In this document: in pieces, positions 53,198 to 63,634 of the stretch
How positions within the stretch are numbered: position 1 is the stretch's first letter
How the letters are laid out: every line of letters begins with the position of its first letter
Assembly (NCBI GenBank): GCA_963833125.1
Contig: CAWHWX010000007.1
Location: forward strand, 1 to 64,000
Direction: 5' to 3'
DNA from: Candidatus Bathyarchaeota archaeon
GTDB taxonomy: Archaea; Thermoproteota; Bathyarchaeia; 40CM-2-53-6
DNA: 64,000 nucleotides
The notes under the pieces: model-generated
Seen by the model: only the letters and a program-made list of their open reading frames with translations
The model's database searches: none
What the model was told of the DNA's origin: nothing
Translations under genes and position numbers: made by a program

Positions 53198-53848
53198 TTA
53201 GGCTGCTGCAGCCTTGGCTTGCTCCTTAGCTTGCTCCATGACCTGCGCGGCAGTAGCCATGATTCCAGGGGGCATAGAGAGGACCCTTGATTTCCTCACC
53301 CCAACATGCCTGAGTGGTGCGACCTTCTTTGCAAGGTTGTAAATATCCGAGCCGAGCTTGCCCAGGACCATTTCCTGTGATAATTGATCATAATTCAGAT
53401 TGTTGGCTTTTTCTTCAACGATCTGGCGCATAACCTGGCGAACCCCGTGCTCCTGAGACGCATTTATTCTATCTCGGGTGAATGCAACTACTGAAATCCG
53501 AATTGAGAACTGATCTTTCGTAGTTGCGTTGAAGATGCCGTCCATTCTAGTACTTCCACGTCTTACGAGGCTTCTTAGGTAATCGGTAGCGTACTCATGC
53601 GATTTGAGTATCGTATCAGCCCTATGCTCCTTCGTGTTGACGACCAGAAAGTACAGCTTCGTCGATTGGTGGGCAAAATCGTTAGTTATATCATACAATG
53701 TTGTTTCGACGACACGCCCGATTACCGCTGAGGGAATCTCACATGGGATGCTTGCAACAACGTTTTCTCCGAAGTAAGGTGGAGTGTAGACATCATACCA
53801 TTCCTTCAATCGCCACTTGTCTCTGACTTTTTTCGACGCTTTGGACAA
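53198..53848 (-). CDS. rps3ae: 30S ribosomal protein eS1 (S3Ae)
   Basis: DKWRLKEWY, GRVVETTLYD, DYLRSLVRR. Confidence 0.96.
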   Translation of the reverse strand: MSKASKKVRDKWRLKEWYDVYTPPYFGENVVASIPCEIPSAVIGRVVETTLYDITNDFAHQSTKLYFLVVNTKEHRADTILKSHEYATDYLRSLVRRGSTRMDGIFNATTKDQFSIRISVVAFTRDRINASQEHGVRQVMRQIVEEKANNLNYDQLSQEMVLGKLGSDIYNLAKKVAPLRHVGVRKSRVLSMPPGIMATAAQVMEQAKEQAKAAAA

Positions 53849-53929
53849 TTGTCTTCCACTCGGAGTTCAGATTTTAGCAACGTACCGTTTGTGCCGTATT
53901 TAAAGCGTTCATAGCCAATGTGATTGCGA

Positions 53930-54175
53930 TTATCGTTTTCCAATCTTTTTCAGCGATGTCTCGGTCGCTTGTATGCACCGAAAGATATCTTGCAATGTCA
54001 GTTGCATGGTTTCAATTCTTTCGCATCCTCTAATTTGAACCGAAAGTATTCGACCGCGCGCATTTGTCGCGACGATCAATTCGCTTTTCGGGATTTTATC
54101 GTCAGGGAACAATGCAGTTTTCACGGCTCTGGCGAAGTGATGGTGAACTATATCGAATGCGAATTTCTGTTTCAT
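53930..54175 (-). CDS. Pcc1-like KEOPS paralogue
   Basis: 81 aa; ALFPDD...LTLQDIFRCI; conserved position between the DHH gene and rps3ae. Confidence 0.6.
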   Translation of the reverse strand: MKQKFAFDIVHHHFARAVKTALFPDDKIPKSELIVATNARGRILSVQIRGCERIETMQLTLQDIFRCIQATETSLKKIGKR

Positions 54176-55613
54176 ACATTTGTTTTCAGCTGTGAGAGTA
54201 GCACTTGATCGAGTTCCTCGAGGAATGGGACTGGGTCATTGGCCTTGATGTGCGCGCCTGCCGCTACATTGTGTCCTCCTCCGAAGCCATCGTATTTCTT
54301 CGCCGTGGTGTTCAGTGCGGCTCCAAGGTTCATACCCACTGCTAGAAGTTTCGCGGGTGCTCTTGCTGAGAGTTTGATACCGCCATCCTTGGCTTTGGTT
54401 ACGACGATGATTGCGTGGTCTGGAGTTAGGTTACCTGCCGACGATAATATCGAGGAGAACGCTCCAGTCATGCTCTCTTGTATTTGATTCTCTCCGCGTA
54501 TCGCCCAGATTATCTTGAATTTCTGAATGGCATCTGGGGATTTTGTCAGCCACTCCATGTAACTGGCCAGAGTCTTCCTGTAAACAGCGGCAACTTCGTT
54601 AGCTTCAATTAGGGCTGTCTTTCTATCGCCCAGTCCAATGCTGATGCCTATCGAGGGGTTGCCGGTTCTTCCACACGCGTTCAAGAGGGCGGAGAATTCT
54701 CGTGCGTCCCGAGTAGGGCTTCCCTGCGGTTCGTTTACGAAGGTGTATACAGTCCCAACCATATCGAGCACCACGTTTGACGGAAAACCTTGGTTCGTAA
54801 GGTAGGCAATTATTTCGTTCAGGAGTTTCTGCTTCTCCTCCTGTGAGAGGTCAGCTGCGGTTCTGAACCGGTCCCCATCTTTCACGGGGATCCCAGCTTT
54901 TGATAAAAGTAGGAGGCAATTATCTTCCCGGCCACTAAGATTTGGGAGGTAAGGCGATGTCGTGTAAGCTAGAGCCCGATATATTGGACGCGTCTTCGGC
55001 CGTACACGACTAAGTCTGAGTCAACCTTCGCATTGCCGGAGGATACGGCATCATCAACTAGGAGTTGATTGAGACCAGCAAGTGTTCTTTTCTCATTCTT
55101 GTCTTGCATGTCTCCTAGCGCTCCCACAATTCCGAGGGTACTGAGATCTTTGTTGCCGTCATCGAGTTCTCTTGCAACAAGGTAGGTGACCCCTGCGGCA
55201 CTGATCATCGTCGCACCATCGATTCCAAACTCATGCGGATTCACCTGGGCAATCTTGCCTCCCGCCTTGCCGTCTGGGGGGTGGTGATCTAGAATGACGA
55301 CCTCTCTTGTGTCAAGCCGTGAGTTTACGAGTTCAGAATAACCGCTGCCAATGTCCGTGAAGATTACTATGTCAGGTTTGCCCGCGGATATCTCATCAAC
55401 TATGTCCTCGCGGAGTTCTTCTACAATTCGGACCTTGAAGCGAGCGGACGCACGAGTGAGGGCAGAAGCCATGATGCCGGCTGAAGAGAGGCCGTCGGCA
55501 TCATTATGTGATATTGCCGTGAAGGAGGAGTCCGTTTGAAGGTGTTTCTTGATTACTTCTGCAGTTTCTCTTGCCCGTTCAAGGAAAGCGCCACGTTGTC
55601 CGTCCCCAGGCAT
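54172..55613 (-). CDS. DHH/RecJ-like phosphoesterase, frameshifted
   Basis: HNDADG, FTDIG, LDHH, GALGDMQ, GGGHNVAAG. Confidence 0.9.
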
Positions 55614-55616
55614 TTA

Positions 55617-56066
55617 TTATGCCACTGATGCGACGACATGTTTGTAATGCCATTCTGGGCTGAGTTGCCCTTTAACCCTGTAATACTTCTCTAGCCTGTG
55701 AATCTTGGATTCGATCATGGCGAGGGAGCGTTTGTTAACGTGATCTTTCCGATTCTTCTCCAAGTGACGCCTAAGGTCGTCAGCCTTCTTTAGCAATGCG
55801 CTCAAGTCTTCTGGAAGGGCTCCCGCCTCTCGACCAGGCTTGAGTATCTCCTGAACATTCTTTCCGGTGATCGACTTCACTAAGGGTACTCCATATCGGT
55901 CACGCATCAATACGCCGATGATACTAGCCGAGTTACCTTCCCGAGAGAGCTTGAGAACCAATGACTCTACCTCTTCCGGGGTATATTTGACCCATGACGG
56001 GGTTTTCTTGCTGATTGGTCGGGTTGACCCTGATTTGCCTCGTTTGCTCGTGTATAGCCTAGCCGT
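55617..56066 (-). CDS. rps15: 30S ribosomal protein uS15
   Basis: ARLYTSKRGKSGS, RDRYGVP, LPEDL, ESKIHRL..YY. Confidence 0.95.
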   Translation of the reverse strand, partial: TARLYTSKRGKSGSTRPISKKTPSWVKYTPEEVESLVLKLSREGNSASIIGVLMRDRYGVPLVKSITGKNVQEILKPGREAGALPEDLSALLKKADDLRRHLEKNRKDHVNKRSLAMIESKIHRLEKYYRVKGQLSPEWHYKHVVASVA

Positions 56067-56128
56067 AAATGCGCACACTCCGATTTGGAAATTCGTCTTA
56101 GTCTTTGACTCTCGGTTATTTAACTTGT

Positions 56129-56719
56129 CTAGGAGGAGTTGGAGCTTTCCTTCATTGAAAGCCATGTGAAGAATTTGACGAATGCTCTTGCCCTATGAGA
56201 GAGGAGGTTCTTCTCTTGGGTGTTCATTTCTGCGAATGTTCGACCATCTCCTTGAATGGGCGTGAAGACTGGGTCAAATCCAAATCCGTGGCTTCCCCTC
56301 GGTTTGCGAGTTATCATACCCATTACCTCGCCGCGGAAGCAGAGAGAGGGTCTTCTTGGCCTTGCGAATGAAACCACAGCACGGAAGGTAGCGCTTCTAT
56401 CAACCGTACCTTTTAGCAAGTTCAGAACGCCATCAGTCCCTAAAGTTTTGAACACGTAAGCCGAATACGGCCCCGGGAAGCCGTGCAGTTTGTCTACGAA
56501 CAAACCCGCGTCTTCTACCAGGATCGGGCGCCGCGTTGTCCGGGAGATTCTCTTAGCGGCGAAGGAGGCTATGTCTTCTAGTTCTTCTGATTGAATCTCA
56601 GTTTTTTCAATCCTCACCTGTTTCAGCGTAATTCCGAAGATATTCGCTATTTCAGTCGCTTCAGCAAATTTCCCCTTGTTTCCAGTTGCAAAGTAGATTG
56701 GTGGATTATGCTCTCTCAA
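56129..56719 (-). CDS. rdgB: Non-canonical purine NTP pyrophosphatase (RdgB/HAM1)
   Basis: FATGNKGK, EDAGL, GFPGPYS, GFGFDP, SHRARAF. Confidence 0.93.
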   Translation of the reverse strand: MREHNPPIYFATGNKGKFAEATEIANIFGITLKQVRIEKTEIQSEELEDIASFAAKRISRTTRRPILVEDAGLFVDKLHGFPGPYSAYVFKTLGTDGVLNLLKGTVDRSATFRAVVSFARPRRPSLCFRGEVMGMITRKPRGSHGFGFDPVFTPIQGDGRTFAEMNTQEKNLLSHRARAFVKFFTWLSMKESSNSS

Positions 56720-57365
56720 AGTACCTACCTCGCCTTTCAACCTCTCGCATCTTGCTAACTGCTTCCGTGCCGGATCTCTTTCCAACGGTCCTGCAATAGC
56801 CATTTAGAAAGGCAGTGAAGATTTCTTCGTGAAATCTGATATGGGTGCTTTTCATGGCACGATTCAGGAGAAGTAGATCAACTCCACGATCTTCAAGCTG
56901 AGTTGAAAAATCTCCCAATCCAAAGTCGATCAAGAAAAGTCTGTCATCAGCGCACAGGACATTGGAGATAGTCAGGTCGCCGTGCACTATCCCCCCTTTA
57001 TGGATTAGAGCAACCATTCGTCCCATCAGGTTGCATTGTTTGCGTCTCGTCACTGACGAGACGGTGTACAGCTGCTCCTTCAATGTGGGTCCGTTCACGT
57101 AATCCATTATAAATGACGACGTTTCTGGATCGATGTGCTGGATTGCAGGAACAGGAACCCCAAGTTTCCTTGCCTCATGCATTAAGTTCGTCTCATGAAC
57201 CGTCCTGGCCCGTCGGATCGCTACGTCCAACTGGGCTACTCGATAAGGCTTCGGGAGCCGGGTTTTTCTGACCGCCGTCGACCCACACCAGCTTTCTAGG
57301 TAGAGCTCGGCTTCCGCCCCTTTGTAAATTAGTTTAGGAAGCCTCTCTTCTCCAGACGATGTCAA
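56706..57365 (-). CDS. bud32: KEOPS kinase Bud32
   Basis: KGAEA, PKPYR, HGDLT, IDFGL, ERRGRY; start uncertain. Confidence 0.92.
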   Translation of the reverse strand: MTSSGEERLPKLIYKGAEAELYLESWCGSTAVRKTRLPKPYRVAQLDVAIRRARTVHETNLMHEARKLGVPVPAIQHIDPETSSFIMDYVNGPTLKEQLYTVSSVTRRKQCNLMGRMVALIHKGGIVHGDLTISNVLCADDRLFLIDFGLGDFSTQLEDRGVDLLLLNRAMKSTHIRFHEEIFTAFLNGYCRTVGKRSGTEAVSKMREVERRGRYFERA

Positions 57366-58330
57366 CGTCCTCCAACCTCCATCTTGGCCTAACGCTAGAT
57401 TCGGCAATAGGTATCGTTACACCAGATCGTAACGCGAGGATGCCCGTCCATGCGATTTGGGGACCACAATCCCCAGTGTACGCCTGATTGACGACACGAG
57501 GCGTCGCGTCATGTAGCCCCGCAACATCTGAAAGCTTCTTCTGAAGCGTCTTGTTCGCTGCCACACCTCCGGTTAACAGCACCTCTCTCTTGCGAGTGTA
57601 AGCGAGACTTCGTTCCACGGCTTCAGCGAGCATAGAACATGAAACTTCTTGCATCGAATAACACACATCCTCAAGGGAGGCCCCATCCCTGAGTTTTGCG
57701 AGAGACGCCGTCAATAAGCCAGAGTACGAAACATCGTTTCCTTTCACCACGTAGGGAAGGGGTATGAAATTCTCAGATTTTGACGCCAGCTTCTCGATCT
57801 CACGTCCGGCAGGCGAGGGAAGATTGATCTCTCTCGCGAACATGTCGTACAGGTTTCCGAGAGTAATATCCTCCGTCTCACCGAAAATGCGCCATCTCCC
57901 ACCAGAGAAAGCCGCTGATCGCCGTATGCCCTCCTGAGATCAACACTACAAGAGGATCAGTTGCCCCAGTTGTGAGCGTAGCGATCTCAATATGCCCGAT
58001 GGCATGATTGACGGGTATGAGAGGGATTTGAAAGAATGATGCGATTGACCTTGCGACCGTAGCCCCGACTCTTAGACACGGTCCCAGGCCTGGGCCTAAC
58101 GCGATTGCAACTCCTGCAAGTTGAGAGGCTCTAACGTCAGCCTTACCAAGCGCATCTGAAACTACCTTTGCCGCCACCACGCTGTGGTGCTCTGCGGCTT
58201 CTCGAGGATGGATTCCTGTCCCGGGAGCCGAGATGTAAACGTCCCGAACGTCTGATAGAATCTGACCCTGATCATTGACAACGCTAGCTCCAAACGTGTG
58301 CGCAGTCGATTCTATCCCTAGGCAGTGCAA
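57334..58330 (-). CDS. kae1: t6A synthase Kae1, frameshifted
   Basis: GIESTAHT, GIHPRE, GPGLGPCL, VNHAIGHIE, SGGHT, GGVAAN. Confidence 0.94.
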
Positions 58331-58402
58331 TGAGATCGCGGCCCTGACTTGTTGGCGGCGTTTGAAAAGGTTAGTTAAAACACGCTAGAGCCTGATCTGC
58401 TA

Positions 58403-58777
58403 TTACTTCGTTATATCGACCACGCAAAAGAGGTTGCTATCAGGATCCTCAAGTACAATAAAGTCTTCATCCGGTTCGTATTCCTGAGGGTGACGCGTAG
58501 CTCCTAGGTTAAGCAGCCGCTCAACTTCTCTCTTCTGGTCGTTCGTGTAGAGGTCGAAGTGTAGCCAATTTCTGCCCGTAAGTTTCTCCCCAGGTTGAAC
58601 TTGATTCAAGGAAACATTCGTGTTTCTGCCTTCTGGGTCTCGAAGAATCACCCAGCCGCCCTGAACTGGCTTCGTCGTAGTGTAGTGAAGCGCCTCTTGC
58701 CAGAAAGCCAACATATTGTCGAAGTTAATGCAATTAATAACGACGGAGCCTATCTTCAATTGAGACTTGTCATTCAT
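58403..58777 (-). CDS. VOC/glyoxalase-family protein
   Basis: LAFWQEAL, NWLHFDL, EVERLLNLGA, LEDPDSNLFCV. Confidence 0.85.
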   Translation of the reverse strand: MNDKSQLKIGSVVINCINFDNMLAFWQEALHYTTTKPVQGGWVILRDPEGRNTNVSLNQVQPGEKLTGRNWLHFDLYTNDQKREVERLLNLGATRHPQEYEPDEDFIVLEDPDSNLFCVVDITK

Positions 58778-59067
58778 TTGCGTATCTTGTAACTCTCGGT
58801 TGCCCTGCGAGTATAAGTCATTCTCTATCCTGCAGATCTCTCACGCTTGCCAGAGGCCAAGAAAAAACGTAGGACCGGCAACTAAGGTCCGGAAACCAAG
58901 ACGTTAAATTAAAATAAGCTGTAGCGCCGAGGGGAAGCGAATGGTGTCGTCCGTGAAAGGTGACCGGGAAATCGCACCGTAGCTCTCGTCTGCGAAGAAT
59001 CCTCAGCTCCGAATCTTCTTACATTTTCATTAAACCATTCTGCGATGCCCTTGGCAGTTGATCAAAC

Positions 59068-62067
59068 TTGGTAGCAAAGAGCAAGTATGTTGGCGAATTA
59101 CCCAAGCAATACGACCACAAGGCAGTGGAGGCTGAAGTCAAAGACGTTTGGAACCGCGACCGGACCTATGAATTGGTAAAGAAGGTTAGACTGAGTGGAG
59201 ATAAGTTCTATTTCCTTGACGGGCCTCCATTTCCGAGTTCCGACACACCGCACATTGGCACTTCATGGAACAAGGTTCTCAAGGATACCGTGATCCGATA
59301 CAAACGGTCGCGTGGATTCAATGTTAGGGATCAACCCGGTTATGATTGCCACGGGCTTCCAATCGAATTAGCCATCGAACAGAAGTTTGGAGTTAAATCC
59401 AAGAAGGAAATCGAGAGCTTCGGCTTAGAACGATTCATTTCCGAGTGTAGAAGGTTCGCTGAAACAAACGCAGCCGCGATGACGAAGGCGTTCCAGGATC
59501 TCGGAATATGGATGGACTGGAACCAGCCTTACATGACGCACCTGGACTATTACATTGAATGCGACTGGTGGGGCCTAAAACAGGCGTGGTCAAAGGGGCT
59601 GTTCGAACACGGGCAGCGGGTCGTGCACTGGTGCCCACGATGTGAGACCGTACTTTCGGATTACGAAGTTGTTTTAGAATACAAGATGCTTCGTGACCCA
59701 TCGATATACGTCAAATTCCCAGTAGTAGACAGACCGAACGAATACATACTGATTTGGACAACTACTCCATGGACGCTGCCATCGAACGTAGGAGTCATGG
59801 TGAACCCTGACTTCCAGTATGCTCGGGTCAAATCCGAAGGCGAGACCTACATATTTGCAAAGGAACGAATAGAGGCCGTTCAGAAGGAGACCGGTCGATC
59901 ATTCGAACTCTTGGACGCATTTCCGGGCAGCAAACTTGAAGGACTCAAGTACAGAGGCCCACTAGAGACTCTCGTGCCCGCCCAACTCAACTTGCAGAAC
60001 GGGCACCGCGTTGTCCTGAGCAAAGAATACGTCACTTTGACGGAAGGAACCGGATGCGTTCATTCAGCACCTGGGCACGGTGAAGAAGATTATGAGGTCG
60101 GCGTACGAAACAACTTACCCGTACTCATGCTTGTAGACGACCAAGGCAAATTCGTCCCCGAAGCAGGAAAGTACGCAGGAAAATCGGTAAGAGACGCCAA
60201 CCCTGAAATCATCGACGACCTGAAGTCTCTTGGAGTACTACTCTTTGCAGGAGAAATCGAACACCGCAGTCCCGTCTGCTGGCGCTGCAAGACCCCACTC
60301 ATAATTCGCGCAACAAAACAGTGGGTCATACACATCGCACAACTGAAGGATCAATTCATCAAGGAAGTAGATTCCACGCTTTGGATTCCGACATGGGCAG
60401 GAGCAAATCAATTCAAGAACTGGCTTCAGGGCCTGAAGGACTGGGTTATCTCGCGACAGCGCTATTGGGGCACCCCACTCCCCGTATGGAGTTGCACATC
60501 ATGCGGAAAAGACAAGATTGTGGGTTCTAAGCAGGAACTTCTGGACAACGCGGTTTCCAAAGTCGACCTGCCAACGCTACATAGACCGTGGGTTGACATG
60601 GTTAAGTTACGGTGCGACTGCGGCGGAGAAATGACTCGTGTACCGGACGTGATCGACGTATGGTTCGAATCTGGAGGTGCGTCGCTGGCGTGCCTAGGTC
60701 ACCCTACCAATGTAAAGGAAACGAAATTTTGGTGGCCCGCAGACTTCATAGTCGAGGGACGCGACCAGATAACTGCATGGTTCTTTGGATTATTGAGACA
60801 TGGAATCGTGACGATGGGCAAGTGCCCCTACAAGACCGTCCTGATGCATGGCTTCGCACTTGACGCCCAGGGCCGTGAGATGCACAAGTCGCTAGGGAAT
60901 TTCGTATCGGCTAAGGAGGTCGTGGAGAAGTTCGGACGGGACGCATTCCGGTACTATGTGCTACAAACGACGCTTTGGGAAGACCTACAGTTCTCGTGGG
61001 ACGCAGTTCGCCAACACCAAGGCGACCTGAGCACCATATGGAACACGTTTGTCTTCGCAAGCACCTACATGAGTCTGGATAAGTTTTCGCCCGCGGAGCT
61101 ATCTTTGAAGCGCGTGCAAAGGAGTCTGCGGCCGGAGGATCGGTGGCTGCTTAGTCGGACCCACCGCACCATCAAAGAAGTAACCTCGTTGATGGATGAA
61201 TACAAGATTCATGAGGCGTTGCGTAAGCTGAAAGCGTTTCTCGTCGAGGACCTAAGCCATACCTACATCCGATATGTTAGACGTCGGACCTGGGTAGAGA
61301 AGCGAACACGAGATAAACAGGTCGCATATGCGACGCTTTATTCAGCCCTCGAATCTGCCCTCATCATGCTTACGCCAATCATTCCCTTTCTCACAGAATC
61401 GATCTACCAACACATGTTTCGGAACGCGGAATCAAAGAACCCAGAGACGGTGCACCTCCTCGCGTGGCCCAAATATGATGCAAAGTGGATAGTTGACTCC
61501 CTGGAGGAAGAAATGAAAGCAGCCCAGAACGTGATCTCTACCGTAGCGGTAGTGAGAATGGGCAAGGGCTTGAAACAAAGGCAACCCGTTCCGCAGGTTT
61601 GCGTGACCAGCGAATCTAAGACTGTTGGAACCGCACTGAAGACGTATGAAGACTTATTGTGTGATCAAGCGAATACTCGACGCCTTAAACTGGTTTCAAA
61701 AGAGTCACTCTCAAAGCTCACCGATTCAAATCGATACGCAAAGACAGACTTCTCAGACGGCACCGTTCTAGTCGACCTCAAGTTGTCAAAGAGTGAGGTT
61801 GCCGAGGGATTGGCTCGAGATGCTGTCCGAAGAATGCAACAGATGCGGAAGGAGATGGATCTGAAGGTGGATTCATTCGTCCACGCCTACGTTGTGGCGC
61901 CTTCAAAGAAGGAGGCGAGCCTACTCAAAATGAAGAGGAGTTACATTGCAGGCGAAGTTCGGGCGAAACAACTCAAAATAACGACAGGCGAAGTTACGGT
62001 GCGCCAGCCCTACTACACTAAGAGATGGCAGATTGACGGGACTGACTTTCGAATTCGGACTTTGTGA
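59068..62067 (+). CDS. ileS: Isoleucine--tRNA ligase
   Basis: DGPP, HIGT, GYDCHGLPIE, WTTTPWTLP, DWVISRQRYWG, EMHKS. Confidence 0.96.
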   Translation: MVAKSKYVGELPKQYDHKAVEAEVKDVWNRDRTYELVKKVRLSGDKFYFLDGPPFPSSDTPHIGTSWNKVLKDTVIRYKRSRGFNVRDQPGYDCHGLPIELAIEQKFGVKSKKEIESFGLERFISECRRFAETNAAAMTKAFQDLGIWMDWNQPYMTHLDYYIECDWWGLKQAWSKGLFEHGQRVVHWCPRCETVLSDYEVVLEYKMLRDPSIYVKFPVVDRPNEYILIWTTTPWTLPSNVGVMVNPDFQYARVKSEGETYIFAKERIEAVQKETGRSFELLDAFPGSKLEGLKYRGPLETLVPAQLNLQNGHRVVLSKEYVTLTEGTGCVHSAPGHGEEDYEVGVRNNLPVLMLVDDQGKFVPEAGKYAGKSVRDANPEIIDDLKSLGVLLFAGEIEHRSPVCWRCKTPLIIRATKQWVIHIAQLKDQFIKEVDSTLWIPTWAGANQFKNWLQGLKDWVISRQRYWGTPLPVWSCTSCGKDKIVGSKQELLDNAVSKVDLPTLHRPWVDMVKLRCDCGGEMTRVPDVIDVWFESGGASLACLGHPTNVKETKFWWPADFIVEGRDQITAWFFGLLRHGIVTMGKCPYKTVLMHGFALDAQGREMHKSLGNFVSAKEVVEKFGRDAFRYYVLQTTLWEDLQFSWDAVRQHQGDLSTIWNTFVFASTYMSLDKFSPAELSLKRVQRSLRPEDRWLLSRTHRTIKEVTSLMDEYKIHEALRKLKAFLVEDLSHTYIRYVRRRTWVEKRTRDKQVAYATLYSALESALIMLTPIIPFLTESIYQHMFRNAESKNPETVHLLAWPKYDAKWIVDSLEEEMKAAQNVISTVAVVRMGKGLKQRQPVPQVCVTSESKTVGTALKTYEDLLCDQANTRRLKLVSKESLSKLTDSNRYAKTDFSDGTVLVDLKLSKSEVAEGLARDAVRRMQQMRKEMDLKVDSFVHAYVVAPSKKEASLLKMKRSYIAGEVRAKQLKITTGEVTVRQPYYTKRWQIDGTDFRIRTL

Positions 62068-62112
62068 AACGTCTAAACTAAAACGAAAACCTGCTACATA
62101 ATCCTACGTGCT

Positions 62113-63070
62113 CTAGAGAGGGACTTCGATAAAGAGACGCTCTAGCAGCTCCTTGTACCTATTTCTGATGGTAACCTCGGTAACATTGGCTATTTCTGCA
62201 ATTTCACGCTGAGTTTTCCTCTCGTTCGTTAGAACAGTTGCGATGTAAGTTGCTGCGGCGGCGATCCCAGTTGGACCCCTTCCGCTTGTCAGCTTCATCT
62301 CTTTCGCAATCTCCAGAATCTTGATGGCGAGGGCTTCCGCTTTTCCTGAGATGACAAGCTTGTTACTGAACCGCGCAGCGTAATTCCTGCTGGTCGAGGG
62401 GGGTACGAATGCCTCTAACTCTCGCACCATGAATCTGTAGCTTCGACCCACATCCTTCTTGTTCAAACTTGAGGAGGACGCGATCTCATCCAGCGTTCGT
62501 GGGACACCGCATTGTCTGCAACTCATGTAGATCGCAGCGGCCGTGACGTTATGAATCGATCTTCCACGAATGAGGCGTTTCTTTATGGCACGCCGATAAA
62601 TCACAGAAGCGGTTTCAAGGATATTCTTCGGAACGTTGAGAGCAGAAGCGAGTTTGCTCAGTTCTGCCAGTGCGACTGCAAGGTTTCGCTCTGTTGCATC
62701 AGAGACTCGAACTCTACTCTGCCACTTGCGAAGCTTGTACAAGTCGAGCCTTTGGGTTGCGGTTGCGCGTTTTCCAAGAACACGCCTGTCACGCCAGTCG
62801 ATAATAGTTGAGAGACCCTTGTCGTGGATAGTGTAAGTGATTGGAGCGCCAACCGCGAGTTCGGCTTTTCTTTTGGTCGTCGTCGAAGGCTCGCCATTCT
62901 GGCCTTGTGTCAGCCAATTTCTCGTCGATCACGCATCCGCACGCCATGCAAACAATCTCTGCGGCCTCGTAGTCACGCATCAGCTTTGGCCCGCCGCATT
63001 CCGGGCAAACCCGGATCTTAGGAGCGGCTTGCAGCGATTCCCCTAATTCACCATCGGGTTCTTCCGACAC
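62113..63070 (-). CDS. tfb: Transcription initiation factor IIB, frameshifted
   Basis: Zn ribbon [36 protein letters not shown]. Confidence 0.95.
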
Positions 63071-63093
63071 TATCTCAACTACTCTAAACTAAA

Positions 63094-63324
63094 CTAATCG
63101 AGCGAGTATACGATGCGGTGGACGAATTTTGCTGGCGAAGAACTTGCGGGCCTAATGGACACGTAAGGAGCAGACACTGGTCCGAAAAAGTCTTGCACTT
63201 TTCCAATTTCCTTAAGCTTACTATCACAAGTTCGCGTTCCAAGTTTAACGAAGCGGGCTTCTTCGCATTTTACTATGAGGCTGCGGCTCTTCGACAAGTG
63301 AAGAATTTTGCCCAGCCTCTTCAA
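63094..63324 (-). CDS. gar1: H/ACA RNP protein Gar1
   Basis: MKRLGKILH, IGKVQDFFGPVSAPYVSI; directly upstream of tfb. Confidence 0.88.
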   Translation of the reverse strand: MKRLGKILHLSKSRSLIVKCEEARFVKLGTRTCDSKLKEIGKVQDFFGPVSAPYVSIRPASSSPAKFVHRIVYSLD

Positions 63325-63634
63325 ATTGCCTTCGTCACTCCCGCCGTGGACCCCCGACAAGCCCGCAGCATATTTAAACGTAGATATCTGTCGAAACCTT
63401 TCAACCTTGCCTAGAATTCTTACAACGAAAGTGTGACATGACAATTGTCATAATTTTCGTGAATAACGCTGGCCGCAAAGAAGCATCAGTGTTCATGCCA
63501 CGGCACGCGGAGAAATTGACAATTAACTCATACAATAATCGGACAATTGTGGATATGGATTATGGAACCCATGGACCCCTGAACGTTTTTTACGAGGCGA
63601 GGGGACGTAGATTTCAAACGGTAGCTAAGATCCG

